The position numbers and the translations under genes were made by a program. Positions 20,410-31,888 of a DNA stretch of 43,093 bases are shown here, piece by piece. This DNA comes from Asterionella formosa. Taxonomy: Eukaryota. Position 1 is the first letter of the stretch. Each line of letters starts with the position of its first letter. The DNA is taken from assembly GCA_002256025.1 (NCBI GenBank), contig NKIB01014467.1, positions 1-43,093 on the forward strand. The letters run 5' to 3'. Below the pieces are notes generated by a model. The model saw only the letters and a list, made by a program, of their open reading frames with translations, was not told where the DNA came from and made no database searches.

Positions 20410-21540
20410 ACTGGGTAGCTGGTACTCTTTTGTCACCCATTCCACTTCCAAACTTATTGGGGAATGCCTTGTTGCATTATGATTGTCAACAGCATGCCAA
20501 AACTTATAGTGGTTGTAGAAAACCACTGTAAATGCCATCTTTTTCTGTTATTCATGATCTGTGCACACTATCCCCTCCACCATTCTCATTCCACCATTTT
20601 TCAATCCATCTGGTGAGTGGTTACAGGTTTGCCCTCAACCTTTTGATCAATGATAAACATAATTGAATCATTCCAGAGCTCCAAAGGAAAGATTAAATCA
20701 AATAACTGGAAGGCAGTTGACTTCAAATGAATTGGAAATGATGAAAATATTGGATGCTCTGCCTTTGATCCATTCAACTGGCTCCTCTCACAAATTCCTG
20801 ATGTATCCCACTCATTGTCAAACAAATTGTTTGCAACTTCATTGTGAAAAAACCTTTTCAGGTGCTGGGGCATGGTCAACACCAATATCAACAAATCCAG
20901 CTGGGATGGCAATATCGTGGGTGTCAAGAACTGCACCAGGACACATTTTACAAGTTTGAGAAGCTCTGAAGGCATCACTTCACCTTCTGCTGCCTCCTCA
21001 AGTAAACAATCACCTTCATCATAGTAAAAGGTGTCTGGATCACAATCAGAAATGATCTACAAGTGATTTTCAAGGGTATACAGCTCAGTTGTATCAACAT
21101 CATCTACACCAGTCCTGGGAGCAGTGACCACAATCATGGCAATCACATCCCTACCTCTGATTTTCTTGAGCTCCCTCTGCTGAACTGTCATTCTTTCAAG
21201 TTGATGGTCTTTTTGCGATTTTCACATGATGATTTCGGACCCACAGAAATGGTTGAATTTAGGCATGAAACAACAGCACCTTTGCCCATTGTCAAATTTT
21301 GTTTTTGTGCCATCCCGCACAGATATTTTTGAGATTTTTTGGCAGGCAGACTACTCGTGTATCTATAATTTTTAATCATATAAAAGCTTATTGCCATTCA
21401 CACCTCCAGAAAGATACAGTTCTGTAGATTTAGATTAACTTTTCAGAAATGAAATATCAATTGAATTGAGCTAGGGGCAAGGGATTGAAAACCCAGACTG
21501 AATCCAGTCTATTAGACTGAAATCAGTCTAATCCCATAAC
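20410..21540 (-). mobile_element. Degenerate, internally deleted piggyBac-like DNA transposon relic
   Basis: Minus-strand fragments in colinear order with stops and frameshifts: MGKGAVVSCL; HQLERMTVQQRELKKIRGRDVIAMIV...ELYTLENHL*IISDCDPDTF; QLFDLIFPLELWNDSIMFIIDQKVEGKPVT; VFYNHYKFWHAVDNHNATRHSPISLEVEWVTK. The last block resembles the third-catalytic-Asp region of piggyBac/PGBD transposases. The region is strongly CpG-depleted. Boundaries are approximate. Confidence 0.72.
21481..21535. repeat. Tandem palindromes, probably subterminal repeats of the piggyBac relic
   Basis: AGACTG-AATC-CAGTCT (21495-21510) abuts ATTAGACTGA-AA-TCAGTCTAAT (21511-21532). The pair is bracketed by GGGATT (21481) and AATCCC (21530-21535). 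Confidence 0.7.
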
Positions 21541-21602
21541 GGTATGTAGTCCCGGCAATGTTGGCTTGGCGCAGCCATGTGTATGGGTGTGCTATCATAC
21601 AA

Positions 21603-21637
21603 GGTACCTGGCACCAGGTACCAGGTACCAGGTACCA
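21603..21637. repeat. GGTACCW heptamer tandem repeat (5 units)
   Basis: GGTACCT GGCACCA GGTACCA GGTACCA GGTACCA read directly from the sequence. Confidence 0.9.
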
Positions 21638-22178
21638 ATGGAACACACGTACGACAAGCCTTTTGACAAACTACCGGTAAGTGAGACGTGGTTTAAATAT
21701 TTCGGAACAAGGACACTTGTTTTATTTTCGAACGATTGACTTTGCTCAAAAGCAAGGGGGTCGGACGCTTTACCGGTAAATGCACTCCCTTGTGCATGCA
21801 TTCCAGCATACAATAGACTACCGTATATACCGGTAGACTACCGGTACCGGTATGTTGGTTTATCAGTCGTGAAGTTTTGATCCCAATCGTTCATTAGTGT
21901 TCTTAATCTGGTGTACCAGGTACCTGGCAACAACCAGAACGTAGTGTACATACCGGTACGTATTATTGATTGAAACGTGATAATGCAGTGTCAAAGCCGA
22001 GCTACAGTTTACATACACAGTACCGGTAAACACTGTTATACTCTTCCAACATTTTATCACAGATTAAGTATAAGTACATGTACAAGAAAGTGAATCATAG
22101 TTTATCCGTCCTCATAAACGGTTCGCATCAAGCGCAACGACAAATAAATCCTATCCTCATTCATTCACATCAACATTC

Positions 22179-22967
22179 ATGACTGCCGCCGTATTTTCCA
22201 TGAATCCTTCATCTCGGATATTCAGCAATGACTGGAATCAACATTACAGAAGCGAGAAGCCGTTGCCTCCTATTAACGATGACGACTCCGTATTTGACGA
22301 CGCCGAAGAAGACAATAGTCCAGTGACAATTTCCAGCTCAGATGCTGCACTACGCTTCTCATCTACCGAAAGTACCTCGGCAGATTTGCCAGAAAGAAAC
22401 GGATCTGCTGGCTTGAATTCCACAAGCTCAAGTGAGTGGCTCCTTCATCAGCTCCACCCTCCACTAAGGCAGCAGCAATGGAGCTTTCAAGATGTGTCGA
22501 ACTCTTATGGACTGCTTTCTCGAGCGGGAACTGCTGAAGAATTACTTAGATCTCGTTTGCATTTTGCGTCTCCTGTTGCCGCGGTCACCACTATTGCTGA
22601 ATCTATGGCACCACGTCAATTACCAAGTCCACAACCACAGGTCGTGGTGGAATCAGACATTAGGGATTCGGATGTTTTGTGTGGACGTGGTGGAAAGTCC
22701 AATCATCACCCGGGAAATAAGCGGTATCGTCAGGTCATTGGAGATCTCCGTCGAAAGTATCGTGGTACATCAGCAAAGGTTGCCAAGACAAATTTGAGTC
22801 GAGCCATTGTTGACTATGTAAATGCGTATGGGGGACGATTCTTAAAAATGGACAAGGCAGGATGGGTGGTCCTCACAAAAGGTGAGGCTCGTAAGAAGAC
22901 AGCCCAGGCATTAAGAGAAACCAAAGAGCTCAAATGGACAGAACAGAAAACAAACGTTAACATGTAG
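22179..22967 (+). CDS. DUF6824-domain protein (diatom-expanded family) with a low-complexity N-terminus
   Basis: DVLCGRGGKSNHHPGNKRYR...KY...K..LSRAIVDYV...GGRFLK...W.......ARKKTAQALRE is the DUF6824 pattern. Confidence 0.85.
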   Translation: MTAAVFSMNPSSRIFSNDWNQHYRSEKPLPPINDDDSVFDDAEEDNSPVTISSSDAALRFSSTESTSADLPERNGSAGLNSTSSSEWLLHQLHPPLRQQQWSFQDVSNSYGLLSRAGTAEELLRSRLHFASPVAAVTTIAESMAPRQLPSPQPQVVVESDIRDSDVLCGRGGKSNHHPGNKRYRQVIGDLRRKYRGTSAKVAKTNLSRAIVDYVNAYGGRFLKMDKAGWVVLTKGEARKKTAQALRETKELKWTEQKTNVNM

Positions 22968-23326
22968 TTTCTATGCTTAATATGATCATTATCTCCTCCT
23001 CAGTTCTAAGCATATCAACACACCAAATGTAGGCATAAATCTTGTGTACATCAAATACTGAACTAGATAAAAATTGGGGTACCAGGTAATCAATCAAAGG
23101 AATTGTAATCATGCCTATGTCCATAATGCAGGATTGTATGAATAGTTTCAACTTCTGTATTTCCTTATGTATCTGCTGGTTGTTGAAGGGTGGTAAAATT
23201 GGAGGTCCTCATGGTAGACCCATACAACACTGCATACCATGCTTGTATTTGTGTGTTTATAAACTTGTATTTGGAAATGAGCAGAACTTGTTTGTTATTT
23301 CACTTATTGTCTTGCCTTTTGTTCTT

Positions 23327-23387
23327 GGGAATGGTTTAGTGGTTAGCACACCTTCTGCGGTGGCGGGTTCAATTCCTGCACTTTCCA
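23327..23387 (+). pseudogene. tRNA-derived element (tRNA pseudogene or SINE head) with Pol III A and B boxes
   Basis: A box TGGTTTAGTGG (23332-23342) and B box GGTTCAATTCC (23366-23376). T-stem GCGGG/CCTGC surrounds TTCAATT. Partial acceptor GGGAA/TTTCC. The anticodon/variable region is too short for a functional tRNA. Confidence 0.55.
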
Positions 23388-26291
23388 CCTGTCTTTTTCA
23401 TGTAGTTCCTAGGGTTCCAGGGGGTGAAGCTGACGAAAAGACAGGACCTGTTGTACTGTACAGACAAATAAAACAGGTATTAATTGTTTACATATAAAAT
23501 ATGGGCACAATTGTGATTATTGGATAGCTTTGATGTCGTACTAGTACTATAAGATTTAATTTCAATTTGTCTTGCCTTTTGTTCATCATGAATACTAACA
23601 CAAGTAAACTAGATTTTTCTTCAGAAGCTAAAATTCTTTGTGACAGCTCAGAGCTAAAATAAGGTACTAAGAACTAAGATGATTGATCTCTGTACTTTGC
23701 AATTCTTATCAATTAAGCATCTCTAACATAGGTATGTCTCTCCTATTTGCAGGAATAATTGCTTTTCTCAGCATCCTACAATCAGACTTGGAAATGGGTT
23801 TTGCTGTGATTGGAGTGAAGGTGGTGGAATAATGGTTGTTACTGGAAAGAATAAGAGAATGATGCCATCACAAGCAGGCAGGGAAGTGCTTTTTCATCAA
23901 CAACCTGTTGTTCAGCCATTTTTTCAACTACTAATAGTACTGCTAGCTAGTAGTCCTACAACATATTTTCCTGAACTAAAATTTTTGTTCCATGGAATTC
24001 CTCATGACTGTGCATTCATTGCAGTACTGCTACTACTGTCTGGTGGTAACAGTAGTCGCTTATCCTCAACAAATGTTATCGGTCAGCAGCCTGAATTCCT
24101 AATCATGCATCAGTATAACCCTACTAGCTTGTGGAACAATCAAGTCCAGTAACAAGGTCGTAGTAAGTGACCCAAACTTCATTTACTTATTTATTAAGGT
24201 GCCCGAGGTACTGTTTGGGCCCCAACAGCAAACCAGTCACAATGAAGAGCTTGTTGACTGCAGGAATATAGGACCAGTTGTCAATACTGACTTCTGTTAC
24301 AAAATTCTTTAAGGTATGCACGGGGGAATGGCTTACTAGCTAGTTAGCATACCTTCCGATCGAGGTGGTGAGTATATCACTTCCTACCTTGTACTGGTAT
24401 CAGGTATAAATATGATATTGTTACGAAAATATGATTTACACAGCATGTACACTGCTTCATTACTCCCGACAATTGACTTGCATATAAATATTGATACCAA
24501 TTGGTTATGACTGCCACCAATTGAAGGGTCTAAATAATTAAATACAACTGATGTATAAAATATTGATACAAAAAGATTCAGAAACAGTACTGGTACACGA
24601 AGTTGTGGAAAACAATGATGGATGTCTTATGCATTGAATATTTTCGAATTATGTATATGCGAATATGATCATGGGTAATAGCAGATGTGCCATATTTAGA
24701 GTGCCTTTGAATTTTAAAAATGTAGTTAAAATACATGGCAAATATATTTGAAATCGTTCTGACATGTTAACAATCCATGCCTGCTTCGTGAAAAAGAAAT
24801 ATCGTAGCGTATGACAAGCAAAAGCTTACGCATCAACGCAACACATTGCGGCTTCGACAAATTGCGCCTTCGAAGAATGGAGTATGTTTAAGCTAAAGAA
24901 TCTATCAATGTGGTACGTGGATGAGAATTGTTGGGATGACAGGCAGCAACAAAGAGTAAACTAAACGATTTATTTTATCTCATTTGATTCAATAGCTCAT
25001 TTCGTTTGTCGGGGAGCACCAATGTAAAACAATAGAAAATTGGTAAGTGCTCTTGTCGTTGTGGACCTATTCACTACTGTTGGCAAATAACTGACGCACG
25101 CGTTTTCCTTCTTTCAACGTAAAGCCAAGCAAAATGAGTTGCTTGGTCAGTTTTATTCGAAAACATTGGATACCTGATATTAACTTATTCAAGAATTGAC
25201 TGCTAATTTACTTCTACAGACATGTGAATTGATTTGTGGTAAGCGAAGCAAGAGGATACAATGGAATTGCGTTGTGTTGTGTCAGTGTAACATGACTAGC
25301 TAACAAAGCATTCCTTCCCATTGTTACTGTAAATGCATAGGACAATAAACCCTTTCAAACAACAGAAGAGTGCATGAGTTCAGAGTGACACTAACAGCAG
25401 GGAAAGAGACGAGACATTAAGCACTGCCTGACACAAGATTCAAAATAGAGGAAGGGCGAGACAGGAATATACATTGAGACCAGTGGAGAGAGAAACATTG
25501 GGNNNNNNNNNNNNNNNNNNNNNNNNNNNNNNNNNNNNNNNNNNNNNNNNNNNNNNNNNNNNNNNNNNNNNNNNNNNNNNNNNNNNNNNNNNNNNNNNNN
25601 NNNNNNNNNNNNNNNNNNNNNNNNNNNNNNNNNNNNNNNNNNNNNNNNNNNNNNNNNNNNNNNNNNNNNNNNNNNNNNNNNNNNNNNNNNNNNNNNNNNN
25701 NNNNNNNNNNNNNNNNNNNNNNNNNNNNNNNNNNNNNNNNNNNNNNNNNNNNNNNNNNNNNNNNNNNNNNNNNNNNNNNNNNNNNNNNNNNNNNNNNNNN
25801 NNNNNNNNNNNNNNNNNNNNNNNNNNNNNNNNNNNNNNNNNNNNNNNNNNNNNNNNNNNNNNNNNNNNNNNNNNNNNNNNNNNNNNNNNNNNNNNNNNNN
25901 NNNNNNNNNNNNNNNNNNNNNNNNNNNNNNNNNNNNNNNNNNNNNNNNNNNNNNNNNNNNNNACCATAATTATACTAGGATACATTGATCATAGTTTTGA
26001 TCCAAAAACTATCATATGTGTGAAAATCCTGTGCCACTTAGCATACGATACATTTGATCCTTTATACATGATACTTTTTATTTGCAGACGGTACTCATTC
26101 CCAAAACCGACAAATATTCCCTGACTTTGGCAGCCGTTAAGAAATCAAAGTATGAAACTTCTAATGGCTTGCACCCACAGGCCGTATAAAGACGACTGGA
26201 CAAAATTCGATAAATTCAGATAATTAGGGACAAAACAGGTTCTGACGAATTGATATTTTGGGTAGTTAAAGTATTTAGGGACTATGTTAGT

Positions 26292-26350
26292 TTAAGCAAA
26301 TTGACTCTACCTTAAGCAAAACTGCTTTAAGCAAATCTACTTTTAGCAAA
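26292..26350. repeat. Cluster of four TTAAGCAAA-like direct repeats
   Basis: TTAAGCAAA three times plus TTTAGCAAA, at about 15-20 nt spacing; TCTAC precedes two of them. Confidence 0.6.
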
Positions 26351-27781
26351 AAAATTCAAACTAAACAAACATTATAACCGGTGGTTCTTAATTCATTTGC
26401 ACATGCTGTCTAAGTCATTACAGAAGGAAATTGAGTGACCACTGGTACCCCCGTACCAGGACACTCCTGTCGGCACATGGATGGCTTGCCAAGTAGAATC
26501 TACCCGGTTTCATATGTAGCGGTACATAGGAATGGGTTGCTCCATATTACTACGACTACAGGGCATTTCCGGCAGTTTTGACGATATCATACACTGGAGC
26601 AAATGCTTCATATTTGCCGGCTTCCACAAGGACTATACACAAATTGCCCATTCGCAATAAATCAATTCTAGTAGTAGATAATAGACTTATTTCACATCTT
26701 TTGCTTGGATTATTCATGTTAATACTGTAGTCCTAGTCTCATCTGTTTTGTAGTTACTGTAAAAGTGCGCATCACAGGAGTAGGAAGTGAGCAATCTTGC
26801 GTATCAATACAGATGCATATAGGGTTAGCGTTATAGCCTATAAATCAGAATTCAATATTGAGAGAACTCGACTAACAGCCACCTATTGTACACTTTGGTG
26901 TCAGTTAAGAGAACGAGTTGTACATCAAGATTAACTAATAAGCTCATATATTCAACAAATACTACTACCGGTACTCCTAGTTAGATACTTCAGGGAGCAC
27001 TCAGTTTGATAAAGTACCCGGGTACATTAAACTATGCATTGTACTATTCCGCTACTGGTACCAGGTACTTAAATTATTCAAACGTACGACATTTCAATAT
27101 GGGTACCGGTATTTCTTTTCAGGCTTTTTTACACAAAAAGCCTACCATATATGTCTTGTGAAAATCGAGCTGAGTGAACAGAAGGAAAAGAACAGAAGTG
27201 ACGCTGAATTATACATATTTATATAGGCGATGTGCCACAGATGCGAACACAAACTAGGAGGGGGTCACGTCTCAACTGGAATGGCTGGTGCTGGGCACGA
27301 TTGTTTTCTACCTGGTGAGTTCACTGTCAGCAATTGTACCAGGTACCTGATGGTACCCACCCGGTACAGATGTAGAGCTATAAAATAAATAAATGGTTCA
27401 CAAAATCGATCAGCTATTCTATAGTGTCGGTACTGCTTGATTGGCAGTTGACAACCAAATTCTGTGTAAAATCCATCATGCGATTGCTTCATGGAAATTA
27501 TACATAAAATCAATAACAAATCACACTTATCAACGAACGAAATTGAAAGGAAAGCTATATATTGATCTTGACGAAAGGTATCGAAAGGAATACCTTTGGA
27601 AGATTATTTCTCGTCTGTCCCACATCAACTCTGTCAAAGGATTGGATCCCGAAAGTCAAGGTACGTCGAGTTGATTGGTGGTGAAAGGCATGATGGTGAT
27701 GAACGTGACGCTCGTTCCATTTTCATGCTCACGTACTGAAATAACAATCATTTTCGTCACAGATTGTTGCAAGACATTGTC

Positions 27782-29023
27782 ATGTCAGATAATCAGAACA
27801 GTAACAGCGATTCCGTGTTTGCTGATGGCATACTAGGGAGCGTTTATTTTGGTCCTATTTTCTTGGTTGTCGCGCTTTTCCTGTTAGTCTGCATTTGTTT
27901 CACTCAGGAGTTTATCTATCATCGATACGGTATTGAAATGTTTCCGGGCTATTTGGGACCACGTGTGGCGCAACAACGGCGACGCCAACAAGAAATGTTG
28001 GATCATGAGCTACTCGCACAAGCACAACGTCACAGGCGTTTGCCAAGTAACCAGTTGGTCCGAGAAAGGGAAGAAGAAAGAAAGAGAACATATCAAGAAT
28101 TCTTGAAACCTTACACAATGGTTGTGGCAGATAACGATTTGAGTCTGGGAGAAGTTGGTCTCAATGACGATGCTTGGGTACAGAAAAAGTTCGAAATCAT
28201 GGAAAAGGGGGAATCAAGCTGGTGGAGCAAAGAATGTAACAGGGAGCTTGGGGCGCAAGGGGAGACAGCTGATTTTCCTCAACAGACCAAATCGGATCGC
28301 AAAAACGACGAGAAGGAAATCTGGAAAGAGCCAAAACTTCAAAATAAAGTTGATATTTGCGCACCAGTAATGGTGGACTCGCCGAGCAACCCGAATTTAT
28401 TTTTAATTGATGCTTGTGAAGGTACTACTATCACCGAACAGATGGAATTATATTCTGAATCTGAGGTCGCGTCAATCCCATTCAACATGAAGGAACTCAT
28501 CATTTCTGCAGATCATGATAACATGGATACAAAAACGATAAATGCCAATGACGATAGTCGTCCAAATGAATGTCCAGTTAACGACCTAGGAAGTTGGAGA
28601 ATGTCGGTATACCCGCCACCAGAGCGGATGTTATGTCTACCGGTCACAGATGAGTATGGGCGTTCTCGTAAAGTTATTGCTGAATGCGTCATTTGCATCA
28701 TGGAGTATGAAATAGGAGACCAGGTTGTTTGGTCAACTCGTCAATCATGCCAGCATGCCTTTCATAACGACTGCATTCTTGCCTGGCTAAGCAAAGGCAA
28801 GAAACGATGTCCGATTTGTCGCAACTTTTTTGTCCCTGCCCAAAGCGTGGAAAATAGAGAGGTTATCACTCACGACGAAAACAATTTAGATGCGTCAATC
28901 GGGCTGGTTAGCAGTTCTGAGGAAGGAAACCGTGAGCAAGGTGATTCGACTGCTGATGGTACTCAAAGCCGCGAGGAAGCTGGTGTTGACGTAGCAGATG
29001 AAATGGTGATGAGTTCTTTTTAG
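27782..29023 (+). CDS. Single-pass membrane RING-H2 E3 ubiquitin ligase (ATL-like architecture)
   Basis: First ATG at 27782. TM segment YFGPIFLVVALFLLVCICF. RING-H2 CVIC...CQHAFHNDCILAW...CPICR. Confidence 0.88.
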   Translation: MSDNQNSNSDSVFADGILGSVYFGPIFLVVALFLLVCICFTQEFIYHRYGIEMFPGYLGPRVAQQRRRQQEMLDHELLAQAQRHRRLPSNQLVREREEERKRTYQEFLKPYTMVVADNDLSLGEVGLNDDAWVQKKFEIMEKGESSWWSKECNRELGAQGETADFPQQTKSDRKNDEKEIWKEPKLQNKVDICAPVMVDSPSNPNLFLIDACEGTTITEQMELYSESEVASIPFNMKELIISADHDNMDTKTINANDDSRPNECPVNDLGSWRMSVYPPPERMLCLPVTDEYGRSRKVIAECVICIMEYEIGDQVVWSTRQSCQHAFHNDCILAWLSKGKKRCPICRNFFVPAQSVENREVITHDENNLDASIGLVSSSEEGNREQGDSTADGTQSREEAGVDVADEMVMSSF

Positions 29024-31888
29024 CATGATGGAAGGTCTTCACTCAATTCCATAGCCACATCGAGTTTCTTGGAAGTGGGTGTAGTCGCTCGGCTGGAGGA
29101 ACAATTCTGACAACTGACCAACTCAATCATTCACTCGCGTATGTATGCAAAGGCATTGGATTTTCGAGACGTTTAGAAGGCAGTCAATTTGCATTGCTCA
29201 CATAACGCCTTGGAATGGTGAAACACCAGTTTGATGGAAAAGAACTGCATGGATAAGTGCTTGCTTTCCTCTTGTTATTCAAGGTTGCTTGCATACAGGA
29301 TACTTAGCCTACAAATAGGTTCTTAGGTTGTTACATGTCAAATTCTCCATTTTTTCTCAATGTTTCTTGCTTACACATACCGAAATTCATTATTAGAGTA
29401 CCAGCAGTGTTCTATTCCAGTCTAGTTTTAAATAGTTTGAAGTTCTTGTTGGAATGCTATCAAGTATTGTAGGCGCTCTCTAAGTTGCTTGTAGTTGATT
29501 GTTCAATCAAGGGATAAGGAGGAAAAGGGAAAAAGTGTGCCAGCTGCCGAAAATATGGAGGGCAAGATCAGCAGCCGGCAAGAAAGCCAGCAATCAGCAT
29601 AGGGAGAGAACCTTGTAGCTACAGCATCACCTGAGCAGAGGAAGCCTCCCTGTATGATTTCTACTCTCAATATACTGATTGATGCAGCAGGACTGCAGAA
29701 TGAGGTTATGCGTAGTAGCAGCAAATTGGAGAAAATAGCAACTCCAGGATATTGTGTTGGCTTATCTATTTCACTGAACCTTGATCAGTTCGCCCACGTC
29801 ATAAAATTCGAAGTGTACATTGACATCAGAGTGATGCTCAGCGCCAATAGCAACAGTTAAATCTACAAAACTGGAGTAAAGACGACTTGGAGCACACTTG
29901 GCTATATATTTAGCATATACTTCAACCATGCAAATTTTTTAACTATTAAAATTTTACCAAACTTCTATTTGTTTTATTTACCATGCTGGAACCCATTTGG
30001 CATTTAGTATGTGGCGCGCCTTTCTGGGATAAGTCGAGATATCCGGTTTCTGAGAATGTTCAAAATCGACAAATTTCTGGAGAATTGCAAAAACTTTTAA
30101 TGTATTCCTTTTACGCATGTTTTCCATGTATGCCTCTGAAATTAGATCTTGGCAGCAAGTTTAGGTGCTCATTTGTTAGCTTTCTCTGCTGTTCTACAAT
30201 GGGAACTCAATGCTACTGCAGACTTACTATCACGCCATGATACAACTCCCTAAGTTTATAAACCCACTCTTTGCTTTATTGGAGTTGGCCTCAGCTCTCT
30301 CTACAGCTTGCAATACGGAAATAGTCGAACTTCTCTCTAAGATCAGACAATTTGATCACATTGATTTCACTGCATTAGATTCTGCTTTGATTACTAGAGT
30401 TCCCATGAAGGTTCTTACCGACCCATCCCATCTAGATTCTGCCATCTCACCAGAAAGGTGCATCACACAACTGCCACTCTACACCCGCCCAACTCCTGGC
30501 CTCCAGCCATACTAGTCTAGATTGTCACACCCTGAAAGCCGCTACAGTACTAGCTAAATACTTACTACTGGACACAGCATCACAAATCCATGATGCACAC
30601 NNNNNNNNNNNNNNNNNNNNNNNNNNNNNNNNNNNNNNNNNNNNNNNNNNNNNNNNNNNNNNNNNNNNNNNNNNNNNNNNNNNNNNNNNNNNNNNNNNNN
30701 NNNNNNNNNNNNNNNNNNNNNNNNNNNNNNNNNNNNNNNNNNNNNNNNNNNNNNNNNNNNNNNNNNNNNNNNNNNNNNNNNNNNNNNNNNNNNNNNNNNN
30801 NNNNNNNNNNNNNNNNNNNNNNNNNNNNNNNNNNNNNNNNNNNNNNNNNNNNNNNNNNNNNNNNNNNNNNNNNNNNNNNNNNNNNNNNNNNNNNNNNNNN
30901 NNNNNNNNNNNNNNNNNNNNNNNNNNNNNNNNNNNNNNNNNNNNNNNNNNNNNNNNNNNNNNNNNNNNNNNNNNNNNNNNNNNNNNNNNNNNNNNNNNNN
31001 NNNNNNNNNNNNNNNNNNNNNNNNNNNNNNNNNNNNNNNNNNNNNNNNNNNNNNNNNNNNNNNNNNNNNNNNNNNNNNNNNNNNNNNNNNNNNNNNNNNN
31101 NNNNNNNNNNNNNNNNNNNNNNNNNNNNNNNNNNNNNNNNNNNNNNNNNNNNNNNNNNNNNNNNNNNNNNNNNNNNNNNNNNNNNNNNNNNNNNNNNNNN
31201 NNNNNNNNNNNNNNNNNNNNNNNNNNNNNNNNNNNNNNNNNNNNNNNNNNNNNNNNNNNNNNNNNNNNNNNNNNNNNNNNNNNNNNNNNNNNNNNNNNNN
31301 NNNNNNNNNNNNNNNNNNNNNNNNNNNNNNNNNNNNNNNNNNNNNNNNNNNNNNNNNNNNNNNNNNNNNNNNNTGCAGAGGAATCCGAAAAATGGTGGTA
31401 TCGCTGTCTTCTTCCTAGACTCTCTCTGCTCTGCCTATGAAGTAGACCCAATGGGGCTGACTGGCAAGCTGGCTTGCAATGGCGAGCATTGCATCATACT
31501 GCCCCGGTAGTGTAGCCATCTGCAACATAGACATTGAGGCTCATCATGTATCTGTATACATCACCCGGATAGTAGGTGTTTGAGTTGAAGTTTATGTGTT
31601 TTTCTCCTCCCGCCAATTCCATCCTCATTTATAAAATTTAAAACTCTAAAAAGCATTATCTCACATGACAACTTATCACACTCACCCATTTTTCACGATG
31701 ATGTAAACCAATAGAACAACCATGCACAGATTAGTGACTTTACTAGTCAATCAAGAATTCCAAATATCTCAAAAATCCAAAGCATTCTTATCTAGTAAGT
31801 GATTTGTCATGACGAATGCAGTATTCTCACAATAGTGCACAGTTCAGGATTCAGAGGTTCTCGCATAGGCTGCACATGTCCACATTGT

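Noticed and set aside
21603..21637. GGTACCW tandems as a CRISPR array or telomeric repeat
   Set aside because: No spacers and a eukaryotic context. The arrays are short, interstitial and unlike TTAGGG-type repeats.
23327..23387. Functional tRNA gene
   Set aside because: The acceptor stem is incomplete and the anticodon/variable region is too short for a cloverleaf, so it is kept only as a tRNA-derived element.
26095..26275. Possible MITE with CCCAAAA/TTTTGGG termini
   Set aside because: The inverted match is only about 7 bp and no TSD is evident.
29500..30600. Protein-like fragments (29654-29860, 30210-30515) before the gap
   Set aside because: Short, interrupted by stops and no family recognised. 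Probably TE or pseudogene debris, but not supportable.
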